DNA of 24,000 nt. Origin: Nitratidesulfovibrio sp. 1201_IL3209 (GTDB lineage: Bacteria; Desulfobacterota; Desulfovibrionia; Desulfovibrionales; Desulfovibrionaceae). The notes under the pieces were generated by a model. The model was not told the origin of the DNA. It ran no database searches and saw only the letters and a program-made list of their open reading frames with translations. The stretch lies in NCBI RefSeq assembly GCF_036763125.1, contig NZ_JBAIYT010000015.1, positions 1,317 to 25,316 on the forward strand. The letters run 5' to 3'. Of the stretch, positions 1-8,017 are shown piece after piece; within the stretch, counting starts at the first letter, position 1, and each line of letters begins with the position of its first letter. The translations under genes and the position numbers were made by a program.

Positions 1-412
1 GCACTCCCGGCTGCCGCGTCGCGGCAAAAAAATACTGCCTTCGGCGGCGCATCCTGCTATACTGGAAGGGATACCCCTCGTCCTCGTGCGGGAAGGCGAG
101 GGCGGGACAAAAAAAAATCGCATTCCGCGCGAAATTCCCCGTGGTTTTGATGCCCGTCACATCGCGCATCCGCCCCCCGGACTATTGTGCACTCAACGAC
201 GGGGCAAAAGGCCCGGCAACGATGTGAGCGTACCGGATGTGCCCGATGCGCTAGACGCGCCAGACGCGTCAAACGCGCCGATCCGGAGACGCCGCCCCGC
301 CGAACCGCAACCACGACGGAGCGAGCCCATGGTCCTTTCGAAGATTTTAGGCCTGTTCGGCCTGTCTGGTCAGTCCGGCCACAAGAACGAACCCCAGAAA
401 AAGGAGAGCCCC

Positions 413-2032
413 ATGTCCATGTTCTGCAACCAGTGTGAACAGACCGCCAAGGGTACCGGCTGCACCACCATCGGCGTGTGCGGCAAGCAGCCCGAAGTCG
501 CCGCCCTGCAGGATCTGACCGTCTACGCCCTGCGCGGCCTGGCCCTGGTGGCGCTGGAAGCCCGCAAGAAAGGCATCGTGGACCCGGCCATCGACCACTA
601 CGGGGCCAAGGCCCTGTTCACCACGCTGACCAACGTCAACTTCGACCCGGCCCGCTTCCAGGCGTACATCAACGAGATCGTCAAGCACCGCAACGCCCTG
701 GCCGCCCGCGCGGGCGTGTCGGTTAGCTCCGGCCCGGCCTCGTTCCAGCCCGCCGCCACCCTGGACGGCCTGGGCGCCCAGGCCGAAATCGGCGCGCTCA
801 CCGCCGACAAGAGCGACCCGGACATCGTCTCGCTGAAGCAGACCCTGCTCTACGGCATGAAGGGCCTGGCCGCCTACGCCGACCACGCCGCCGTGCTGGG
901 CCAGACCGATCCCGAAGTGTTCGCCTTCCTGTTCAAGGGCCTGGCCGCCGGGTACGACGGCGTGCAGCGCGACCTTGGCCAGTGGGTGGAACTTGCCCTG
1001 GAATGCGGCAAGACCAACCTGCGCGCCATGGAACTGCTGGACGCGGGCAACACCGGCACCTACGGCCACCCCGTGCCCACCCAGGTGCCGCTGGGCCATC
1101 GCAAGAACAAGTGCATCCTGGTTTCCGGCCACGACCTGCGCGACCTGCACGAACTGCTGAAGCAGACCGAAGGCAAGGGCATCGACATCTACACCCACGG
1201 TGAAATGCTGCCCACGCACGGGTACCCGGAACTGAAGAAGTACCCCCACTTCTACGGCCACTTCGGCACCGCCTGGCAGAACCAGCACAAGGAATTCCCG
1301 GCCTTCCCCGGCGCCATCCTGTTCACCACCAACTGCATCCAGAAGCCGCAGGATTCGTACAAGGACCGCGTGTTCACCACCGGCCTCGTGGGCTGGCCCG
1401 GCCTCGTGCACTGCGAGAACTACGACTTCTCGGCCGTGATCAGGAAGGCGCAGGAACTGCCCGGCTTCACCGAGGACGCGCCCGGCAAGAACGTGCTGGT
1501 GGGCTTCGGCCACAACACCGTCATGAGCGTGGCCGGCCAGGTCATCGACGCGGTGAAGTCCGGCGCCATCCGCCACTTCTTCCTGGTGGGCGGCTGCGAC
1601 GGCGCCAAGCCCGGCCGCAACTACTACACCGAGTTCGTGGAAAAGACCCCCAAGGACACCGTGGTGCTCACGCTGGCCTGCGGCAAGTTCCGCTTCTTCG
1701 ACAAGGAACTGGGCGACATCGGCGGCATTCCGCGCCTGCTGGACGTGGGCCAGTGCAACGACGCCTACTCGGCCATCCAGATCGCCGTGGCCCTGGCTGG
1801 CGCCTTCGAGTGCGGCGTGAACGACCTGCCCCTGTCGCTGGTGCTCTCGTGGTACGAGCAGAAGGCCGTGGTCATCCTGCTCACGCTGCTGGCCCTCGGT
1901 ATCAAGGACATCCGCCTCGGACCGTCACTGCCCGCGTTCATCACCCCCAACGTGCTGAACTTCCTGGTGCAGAACTACAACATCAAGCCCATCACCACCC
2001 CGGACGAAGACCTGAAGGCCATCCTGGGGTAA
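413..2032 (+). CDS. hcp: Hydroxylamine reductase / hybrid cluster protein (Hcp)
   Basis: ORF beginning MSMFCNQCEQTAKGTGCTTIGVCGKQPE (CX2CX8CX5C N-terminal cluster motif), with downstream Hcp motifs such as FTTNCIQKP, GHNTVMSVAGQVIDAVK and FFLVGGCDGAKPGRNYYTEF. RBS-like aaaaaggagag precedes ATG 413; an in-frame upstream ATG lies at 329. Confidence 0.97.
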   Translation: MSMFCNQCEQTAKGTGCTTIGVCGKQPEVAALQDLTVYALRGLALVALEARKKGIVDPAIDHYGAKALFTTLTNVNFDPARFQAYINEIVKHRNALAARAGVSVSSGPASFQPAATLDGLGAQAEIGALTADKSDPDIVSLKQTLLYGMKGLAAYADHAAVLGQTDPEVFAFLFKGLAAGYDGVQRDLGQWVELALECGKTNLRAMELLDAGNTGTYGHPVPTQVPLGHRKNKCILVSGHDLRDLHELLKQTEGKGIDIYTHGEMLPTHGYPELKKYPHFYGHFGTAWQNQHKEFPAFPGAILFTTNCIQKPQDSYKDRVFTTGLVGWPGLVHCENYDFSAVIRKAQELPGFTEDAPGKNVLVGFGHNTVMSVAGQVIDAVKSGAIRHFFLVGGCDGAKPGRNYYTEFVEKTPKDTVVLTLACGKFRFFDKELGDIGGIPRLLDVGQCNDAYSAIQIAVALAGAFECGVNDLPLSLVLSWYEQKAVVILLTLLALGIKDIRLGPSLPAFITPNVLNFLVQNYNIKPITTPDEDLKAILG

Positions 2033-2070
2033 ACCGGGCTCACGCCGAAACGACGAGAACAACGAGAGAT

Positions 2071-2098
2071 GGAGGGGGCGGCACGGGCCGCCTCCTCC
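2071..2098 (+). terminator. Strong GC hairpin between hcp and the ferredoxin gene (attenuator/partial terminator candidate)
   Basis: GGAGGGGGCGGC-ACGG-GCCGCCTCCTCC, 12-bp stem with one G.U wobble, 4-nt loop, no U-tract. Confidence 0.4.
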
Positions 2099-2158
2099 CC
2101 CTCCCCCGCTCCGGCATCCCCGTACCTGAAGACCACGGGGGCAACGGGGCCGCAGCGA

Positions 2159-2194
2159 CCGCAACGACCGCCGCAACGACCGCCGCAACGCCCG
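2159..2194. repeat. 12-bp tandem repeat x3, intergenic
   Basis: ccgcaacgaccg | ccgcaacgaccg | ccgcaacgcccg (third copy has one mismatch). Confidence 0.85.
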
Positions 2195-2274
2195 GCATCA
2201 CCGACCAGCCCCGCGACCGGCAACCGGCGGGGGGCCACCGCCCGCGCTCCGACCCGCGGACAAGGACCACAGAC

Positions 2275-3162
2275 ATGAACACCACCCGGAACATCCTGGA
2301 AATCGACGAGGAACGTTGCGACGGCTGCGGCGCGTGCGTGCTGGACTGTGCCGAAGGCGCCATCGCCATCGTGGACGGCAAGGCCAAGATCGTTTCCGAC
2401 AGCTTCTGCGACGGCCTCGGCGCGTGCATCGGCAGTTGCCCGCAGGGCGCGCTGCGCATCATCCAGCGCGAGGCCGTGCCCTTCGACGAGGAAGCGGCCA
2501 TGGAGCACGTGCGCACGCGCGACGGCGCGCAGCCCCGCTCCGGCGACCATCACGCCCCCCACGGCAGGCCCGACGGGCACGGCGTGCACGGGCACTACGG
2601 CCTTGCCCGTCAAACAGAACGGGCAGAACAGGCAGAACAGGCCGGACAGGCCGGGCACGGACACGGTCATGGTCATGGTCACGGACACGGTCATGGCGGC
2701 GGCCATGGCGGTTGCCCCGGTTCCATGATCCGCAGCTTCGCCAAGGCCGACGCGCCCGTATTCGGCGTGGCCCAAGGCCCGGTGTCCGGCCCCGGCCACT
2801 GGCCGCTGAAGATCCGCCTGGTGCCGCCCACGGCCCCCTACCTGAAGGACGCCGACGTGCTGGTGGCGGCGGACTGCGCGGCGGCGGCCTCGCCCCTGTT
2901 CCACAGCCACTTCGCCAGGGGCAAGGTGGTGCTCATCGGCTGTCCCAAGTTCGACGACACCGACGCCTACGCCCAGCGCCTGGCCGACATCCTGGCCACC
3001 AGCGGCATCCGGTCCATGACCGTGCTGCGCATGGAAGTGCCCTGCTGCCGTGGACTCACCGCAGCCCTGGCCAAAGCCCGCGAGCTTTCCGGCACCAACG
3101 TGCCGCTGAACGAAATGGTCATGACGTGCCAGGGCGCCCCGGCGCCCACACCTCTGGCCTGA
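2275..3162 (+). CDS. 4Fe-4S ferredoxin-like protein with His/Gly-rich linker (hcp-associated)
   Basis: MNTTRNILEIDEERCDGCGACVLDCAEGAI...DSFCDGLGACIGSCPQGAL, two Cys motifs, followed by a (GH)n tract and a C-terminal domain with GCPKFDD and EVPCCRG. Confidence 0.9.
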   Translation: MNTTRNILEIDEERCDGCGACVLDCAEGAIAIVDGKAKIVSDSFCDGLGACIGSCPQGALRIIQREAVPFDEEAAMEHVRTRDGAQPRSGDHHAPHGRPDGHGVHGHYGLARQTERAEQAEQAGQAGHGHGHGHGHGHGHGGGHGGCPGSMIRSFAKADAPVFGVAQGPVSGPGHWPLKIRLVPPTAPYLKDADVLVAADCAAAASPLFHSHFARGKVVLIGCPKFDDTDAYAQRLADILATSGIRSMTVLRMEVPCCRGLTAALAKARELSGTNVPLNEMVMTCQGAPAPTPLA

Positions 3163-3200
3163 CGCCCCGGCACTTCGCCAGACCTCCTGCCCACGACGCA

Positions 3201-3219
3201 CGGCCCGCAACGCGGGCCG
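3201..3219. terminator. Short perfect inverted repeat downstream of the ferredoxin gene
   Basis: CGGCCCGC-AAC-GCGGGCCG; 8-bp perfect stem, no T-tract. Confidence 0.35.
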
Positions 3220-3360
3220 CGCGCCGTTCCGCGCGTTGGTAAACCCCGGTCACAAAAAGGATGACGAAACGGCCCCGCCTTGCATACAGTGCGATACGGG
3301 GAAACACTGGCGGCGTCCTTCAGGGGAAGGGCCGTCGCATGGCGGCATCGGGGGCGTTCC

Positions 3361-4557
3361 ATGAACGACTACGAACTGCGTAAATTCGTCGCGCCGGAAT
3401 TCGTGTTCGGCTACGGCGCGGCCGGTCTGGCGGGCCGACATGCCCGCAACCTCGGCGCATCGCGATGCCTCGTGGTGTCCGACCAGGGCGTGGCGGCGGC
3501 TGGACATACCGAGGCGGTGGTCCGCACCCTGCGCGACGAAGGCATTGCCTGCGCGACCTTTCTGGGGGTGTCGGAAAACCCCCGCGATACCGAAGTGATG
3601 CAGGGCAGCGAAGTGTTCCGCGCCGAAGGGTGCGACGCCATCGTGGCCGTGGGCGGCGGCAGTCCCATGGACTGTGCCAAGGGCATCGGCATCGTGGTGG
3701 CCAACGGCGGCCACATCCTGGACTACGAGGGGGTGGACGCCATCCCCAAGCCCATGCCCCCGCTGGTCTGCGTGCCCACCACGGCGGGCAGTTCCGCCGA
3801 CGTCTCGCAGTTCGCCATCATCCGCGACACGCCGCGCAAGGTGAAGATCGCCATCGTCAGCAAGGCCAACGTGCCCGACGTGGCCCTGGTGGACCCGCTG
3901 ACCACCCTGACCAAGCCGCGCGACCTCACCGCCGCCACCGGGCTCGACGCCCTGACCCACGCCGTGGAGGCCTACGCCTCCAACGCCCATTCGCCCGTCA
4001 CCGACATGTTCGCCCTTGAGGCCATCCGGGGCATCGGAACAGCCCTGTTCGACGTACTGGACGACCTGCACGACAGGGACGCCCGGGCGCGCATGGCCCT
4101 TGGCAGCATGAACGCGGGGCTGGCCTTCTCCAACGCCATCCTGGGTGCGGTGCACGCCCTGTCGCACAGCCTGGGCGGCCTGCTGGACCTGCCCCACGGC
4201 GAATGCAACGCCCTGCTGCTGCCCTTCGTGGTGCGACGCAACTTCACGGCGGCCCCGCAGCGCTACCGCCGCGTGGCCGAAGCGCTGGGCGTGGCCAAGG
4301 CGCTGGGTGGGGACGGTACGCCGGGCGCGGGCGGGCCCCTCGCCGCCCCGGACGACGAGGTGCGCGACGCCCTGTTCGCCCGGCTTGGCGACATGCGCCG
4401 CCGGGCCGGGTTCGACAAGGGGCTCGCCCAGTACGGGGTCACCCGGGGACAACTGGCGGAACTGGCGCGCCTGGCGCTGGACGATCCCTGCCTGTCCACC
4501 AATCCGGCCCCGCTCGACGCGCGCGAACTGGAAGCATTGTATGCCGAAGCGCTCTGA
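3361..4557 (+). CDS. Iron-containing alcohol dehydrogenase
   Basis: VAVGGGSPMDCAKGIGI nucleotide-binding motif; metal-ligand segments GLDALTHAVEAY, GAVHALSHSLGG and LPHGECNALLLP. Confidence 0.93.
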   Translation: MNDYELRKFVAPEFVFGYGAAGLAGRHARNLGASRCLVVSDQGVAAAGHTEAVVRTLRDEGIACATFLGVSENPRDTEVMQGSEVFRAEGCDAIVAVGGGSPMDCAKGIGIVVANGGHILDYEGVDAIPKPMPPLVCVPTTAGSSADVSQFAIIRDTPRKVKIAIVSKANVPDVALVDPLTTLTKPRDLTAATGLDALTHAVEAYASNAHSPVTDMFALEAIRGIGTALFDVLDDLHDRDARARMALGSMNAGLAFSNAILGAVHALSHSLGGLLDLPHGECNALLLPFVVRRNFTAAPQRYRRVAEALGVAKALGGDGTPGAGGPLAAPDDEVRDALFARLGDMRRRAGFDKGLAQYGVTRGQLAELARLALDDPCLSTNPAPLDARELEALYAEAL

Positions 4558-6328
4558 CGACCTGCGGGAAAAACTCATCGGGCTCGGGCAGGCCTCCACG
4601 CGCAAGAGCTACTACCCGGAACTGAAGGAGCGCCTCCAGCAACTGGAACTGTTCCGCGCCCTGCTGGAAAGCGCGGGCGACGGGGTGCTGCTGCTGGACG
4701 CCGATACCCTGGTGGTGCTGGACGCCAACGGCGCGGCCTGCCGCTTCGCCGGGCTGCCGTGGGAGGCCCTGACCGGCCGCCCGCTGGCGGCGGCGTTTCC
4801 CGAACTGGCCGGGTGGAAGCCGCGCCTGGAGGGCGGCGCGGAGGGTGGCGCGCCGCAGGACGGCCCGCGCACCGGCGCATGGCACATGGCCGACGCCGTC
4901 CCCACGGCCACCGGCGAAGAGCGCCGCCTGATCCGCCAGCCCTCGCAGGGGGGCGGCCTGTGGCTGGAACTGGCCCTGAAGCGCCACGACATCGGCGGAC
5001 AGCCCTACGTCTCGTGCATCGCGCGCGACGTGTCGGAACGGCTGCGCGCCGAAGAGGAGTTGCGCGAGAGCGAGCGCAAGTACCGGGCGCTGTTCGAGGC
5101 GGCCAACGACGCCATCTTCCTGATCCGCGACGGCCTGGTGCGCGACGCCAACCGCCGGGCCTGCGAGCTGTTCGGCAGGCCCCTGGACCAGTTGACCTCC
5201 ATGGCCCCGCGCGACCTTTCGCCGCCGGAGCAGCCCCGCTCCGGAGACACCCGGCTGGTGGAGGAGATGCGCCTGGCCAAGGCCCTGGCTGGCGAGCCGC
5301 AGTTCTTCGAATGGACGCACCTGCGCGCGGACGGCGCCCCCTTCGACTGCGAGATTTCCCTCAGCCGGTTCACCCTGCGGGGGGAACCGTGGCTCATCGC
5401 CATCATCCGCGACGTGACCGAGCAGAAGAAGCTGCGCGAGATCATGGTGCAGACGGAAAAGATGATGTCCGTGGGGGGCGTGGCCGCGGGCATGGCGCAC
5501 GAGATCAACAACCCCCTGTCGGCCATCACCCAGTCGGCGCAGAACCTGCAACGCCGCCTTGCCCCCGGCGTGCCGGACAACGAGGCCGCCGCACTGATGG
5601 CGGGCGTGGACCTGGAGCGCGTGCGGCACTACTTCGAACTGCGCGGGCTGGCCAAACTGGTGACCAACATCCGCGAGGCCTGCGCCCGCGCCGCGGACAT
5701 CGTGCGGCACATGCTGGATTTCGCCCGGCGCAGCGACGCCGAGCGCAGCGAATGCGACCTGTCGGTGCTGCTGGACCGGGCTGTGGAACTGGCCGAAAAC
5801 GACTACGACCTCAAGAAACGCCACGACTTCCGCAACATCCGGATCATCCGGGAGTACGCGCCCGGCACGCCCAGGGCGGAATGCGCCCCCACCGAGATCG
5901 AACAGGTGCTGTTCAACCTGCTGAAGAACGCCTCGCAGGCCATCTCGCGGAAGACCTACCCGCAGAGGGAAAAGCCGCGCATCATCCTGCGCGTGGGCAC
6001 GCAACGCGGCGTGCCCGGCCTGCCCGGTCTGCCCGACGGGGCCGGAAGGAGCGATGGAAGCGGGGAGCCCGCCGCTCCGGGGGCCGACGCCGACTACGTG
6101 CGGGTGGAAGTGGAGGACAACGGGCCGGGCATGGACGAGAGGACGCGGGTACGGGCGTTCGAGCCGTTCTTCACCACCAAGCCGCCCGGCGAAGGCACGG
6201 GACTGGGCCTTTCGGTGTCGTACTTCATCGTCAGCCGCAACCACGGCGGGCACATCATGGTGGAATCGCAGCCGGGCCTGTGGTGCCGCTTCACGGTGCT
6301 GCTGCCCGCCGTGCGGCGCGGCGCGTAG
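4541..6328 (+). CDS. PAS-domain sensor histidine kinase
   Basis: Two PAS-like segments (LLESAGDGVLLLDAD..., LFEAANDAIFLIRDG...), an H-box (VAAGMAHEINNPLSAITQ) and ATPase N/G motifs (VLFNLLKNASQAI, VEDNGPGMD, GEGTGLGLSVSYFIV). ATG 4541 overlaps the ADH 3' end by 17 bp. Confidence 0.93.
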   Translation: MPKRSDDLREKLIGLGQASTRKSYYPELKERLQQLELFRALLESAGDGVLLLDADTLVVLDANGAACRFAGLPWEALTGRPLAAAFPELAGWKPRLEGGAEGGAPQDGPRTGAWHMADAVPTATGEERRLIRQPSQGGGLWLELALKRHDIGGQPYVSCIARDVSERLRAEEELRESERKYRALFEAANDAIFLIRDGLVRDANRRACELFGRPLDQLTSMAPRDLSPPEQPRSGDTRLVEEMRLAKALAGEPQFFEWTHLRADGAPFDCEISLSRFTLRGEPWLIAIIRDVTEQKKLREIMVQTEKMMSVGGVAAGMAHEINNPLSAITQSAQNLQRRLAPGVPDNEAAALMAGVDLERVRHYFELRGLAKLVTNIREACARAADIVRHMLDFARRSDAERSECDLSVLLDRAVELAENDYDLKKRHDFRNIRIIREYAPGTPRAECAPTEIEQVLFNLLKNASQAISRKTYPQREKPRIILRVGTQRGVPGLPGLPDGAGRSDGSGEPAAPGADADYVRVEVEDNGPGMDERTRVRAFEPFFTTKPPGEGTGLGLSVSYFIVSRNHGGHIMVESQPGLWCRFTVLLPAVRRGA

Positions 6329-6344
6329 CTTCACGCCGCCGTCG

Positions 6345-7034
6345 TCAGAGCGTCTCGTCTCCGTCGGCCAACGCCTGGAGATAGTCGCGGTCCACGATGG
6401 TCACCTCGCGCCCGTCCACGGAAACGGCCCCCCGTTCGGCCAGCTTTCCGAGGCAGCGCGAAAGCGTCTCGCGCGCGGTGCCCAGCATGCCCGCCAGCAC
6501 TCCCTTGGCCATGTCCAGCCGGAAGGTGTCCGCGTCGCCCTTCAGTTCGCTGGCGTGCAGCAGGTAGGCGGCAAGGCGCTGCGGCGTCTCGTGCAGGGTC
6601 AGGGATTCCACCTTGGTGGTGAACACGCGCAGCTTGCGCGACAGCGCGGCCAGCATGTTCATGGCCAGGGTGGGGTCGCGGGTGATGCGGTCCACCAGGC
6701 CCTTGCGCGGCAAAAACAGCACGCGCGCATTCTCCACGGCCATGGCGTGGGCGGGAAAGGTGCCGCCCTGGAACACCGCCACCTCGCCGAAGGTCTCGCC
6801 GGGGCCCATCACGTGCATCACGGCCTCGCGCCCGTCGGGCGCGGTCTTGAATATCTTCACGCGGCCCTCGGCCACCACGTAGAAGCCTTCCGCCGGGGAC
6901 GATTCGAAGAAGATCATCTGGCCCTTGTCCACGCGGCGGTCCACCACGATGCCCGCAAGCCCTTCCAACTGGGCGTCGGAAAGCCCGTCGAAAAGGGGCA
7001 GGCGTTCGATGATGCGGCGGTTCTGCTGGGTCAC
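6345..7034 (-). CDS. hcpR: Crp/Fnr family transcriptional regulator, HcpR-like
   Basis: cNMP-binding-like domain (GEVAVFQGGTFPAHAMAVENARVLFLPR) plus C-terminal HTH (LAGMLGTARETLSRCLGKLAERGAV). GTG start preceded by agaggt. The hcpR name rests on linkage to hcp. Confidence 0.8.
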   Translation of the reverse strand: MTQQNRRIIERLPLFDGLSDAQLEGLAGIVVDRRVDKGQMIFFESSPAEGFYVVAEGRVKIFKTAPDGREAVMHVMGPGETFGEVAVFQGGTFPAHAMAVENARVLFLPRKGLVDRITRDPTLAMNMLAALSRKLRVFTTKVESLTLHETPQRLAAYLLHASELKGDADTFRLDMAKGVLAGMLGTARETLSRCLGKLAERGAVSVDGREVTIVDRDYLQALADGDETL

Positions 7035-7160
7035 TGGCGTACCTCTGGTTGTTGTCGGGCGATGTCGGCGATGTCGGGCGGATGCGCCACAGCATAGGCC
7101 ACGTCGGCCCGCCGGGCAAGAACGGGCAGCATCCGCAACCGGTAGCCGGGACCGACCGGA

Positions 7161-7200
7161 ACCGGCCGTGACTGGTCGTGACCGGCCATGACTGGTCGTG
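7161..7200. repeat. 20-bp tandem duplication in the divergent hcpR/orphan intergenic region
   Basis: accggccgtgactggtcgtg | accggccatgactggtcgtg, 19/20 identical, followed by related gctggccggg. Confidence 0.85.
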
Positions 7201-7314
7201 GCTGGCCGGGATCGGCCCGCGCATCCCTGTTGCGGCCGTGCGCGGGGTGCGGTAAGCGACGGCAAGCCAAGGACGACCACGGGCGCCCGCGCCCCATCCA
7301 CAGGAGACCATTCC

Positions 7315-7839
7315 ATGAAATACGGCAGCAAGGTGGCGGCCCGCGTCGAGGAACTGCTGCGCGAGCAACTCGAGGAACTGGGCGAGGACCCCGGCGCCAT
7401 CGGCGCACATGACATCGCGGCGCACATGCGCTGCGAGATATGGCCCGACGACACCATGATCTACATCTGGAAGGAAACCCCCATCCTGCGCGTGTCCTCG
7501 GAACAGCACGACGACGGCAGCGTGACCTGGCGCATGTTCACCCGTGACGACGAAGGCGACGGCTTCGCCTCCGATCCGGCCGGCAGCCTGACCCGCGACG
7601 ACGGCCCCCTGCTGGACATGGACCGCGCCTGCGCTTCCCGCGCCGCCGCCCACGGTGAGGACGAGGACGACGACGAGGATGACGACGACGATCTGGACGA
7701 GGACATCCTGTCCGCCCTGCTGGACGACGAGGATTCCGGCAACGACGACCTCGGCGACGAGGACGACGAGGATGATGGCGACGAGGATGACGGCGACGGG
7801 GGCGATGACCGCCGCAACGGCGGCTACCCGGTGCAGTAG
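7315..7839 (+). CDS. Hypothetical protein with an extremely acidic Asp/Glu-rich C-terminal half
   Basis: ORF MKYGSKVAARVEELLREQLEELGED... with a caggag RBS ahead of ATG; C-terminus GEDEDDDEDDDDDLDEDILSALLDDEDSGNDDLGDEDDEDDGDEDDGDGGDD. Confidence 0.75.
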   Translation: MKYGSKVAARVEELLREQLEELGEDPGAIGAHDIAAHMRCEIWPDDTMIYIWKETPILRVSSEQHDDGSVTWRMFTRDDEGDGFASDPAGSLTRDDGPLLDMDRACASRAAAHGEDEDDDEDDDDDLDEDILSALLDDEDSGNDDLGDEDDEDDGDEDDGDGGDDRRNGGYPVQ

Positions 7840-7900
7840 CGCCGGGACCGGCGCCGGATTGCCGGGCGGCCGCGCGCCGCTCCGCGCGCATGCAGCGAAA

Positions 7901-7922
7901 GGGGACGCCTTGCGGCGTCCCC
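7901..7922. terminator. Rho-independent-like terminator hairpin
   Basis: GGGGACGCC-TTGC-GGCGTCCCC followed by TTCCTGCGTTCT; lies between convergent genes ending at 7839 (+) and 8018 (-). Confidence 0.6.
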
Positions 7923-8017
7923 TTCCTGCGTTCTGCCGATGGTCGCGGCCGTGCGCCATCCATGCGGAACGGCGCCAGTGCCGAAGGCCCCGTACGGCGG
8001 CGCGGCCCGCTGCCGCC

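Noticed and set aside
14-33. Inverted repeat gccgcgtcgcggc followed by aaaaaaa near the window start
   Set aside because: Stem is short (5 bp) and the A-run is on the wrong side for a plus-strand terminator; for the minus strand the T-run precedes the stem.
58-63. TATACT as a -10 for hcp
   Set aside because: No convincing -35 at correct spacing, and ~350 bp from the hcp start; no clear HcpR-type palindrome recognised nearby, so too weak to annotate.
2655-2710. His/Gly-rich tract as a sequencing artefact or frameshift
   Set aside because: The frame continues cleanly through to the Cys-containing C-terminal domain, consistent with a real in-frame repeat.
1975-3210. 411-aa antisense ORF opposite the ferredoxin gene
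   Set aside because: No recognisable motifs; the sense ORF has clear Fe-S motifs and an RBS context.
4439-6334. 631-aa antisense ORF opposite the histidine kinase
   Set aside because: High-GC shadow ORF with low-complexity His/Gln/Gly-rich composition; the sense strand encodes a motif-rich kinase.
7161-7200. Possible CRISPR-like array
   Set aside because: Only two direct copies with no spacer between them and no cas genes in the window.
6331-7959. 542-aa minus-strand ORF spanning hcpR, the divergent spacer and the orphan gene
   Set aside because: It crosses two well-supported genes in other frames and its translation lacks domain motifs; open only because of composition.
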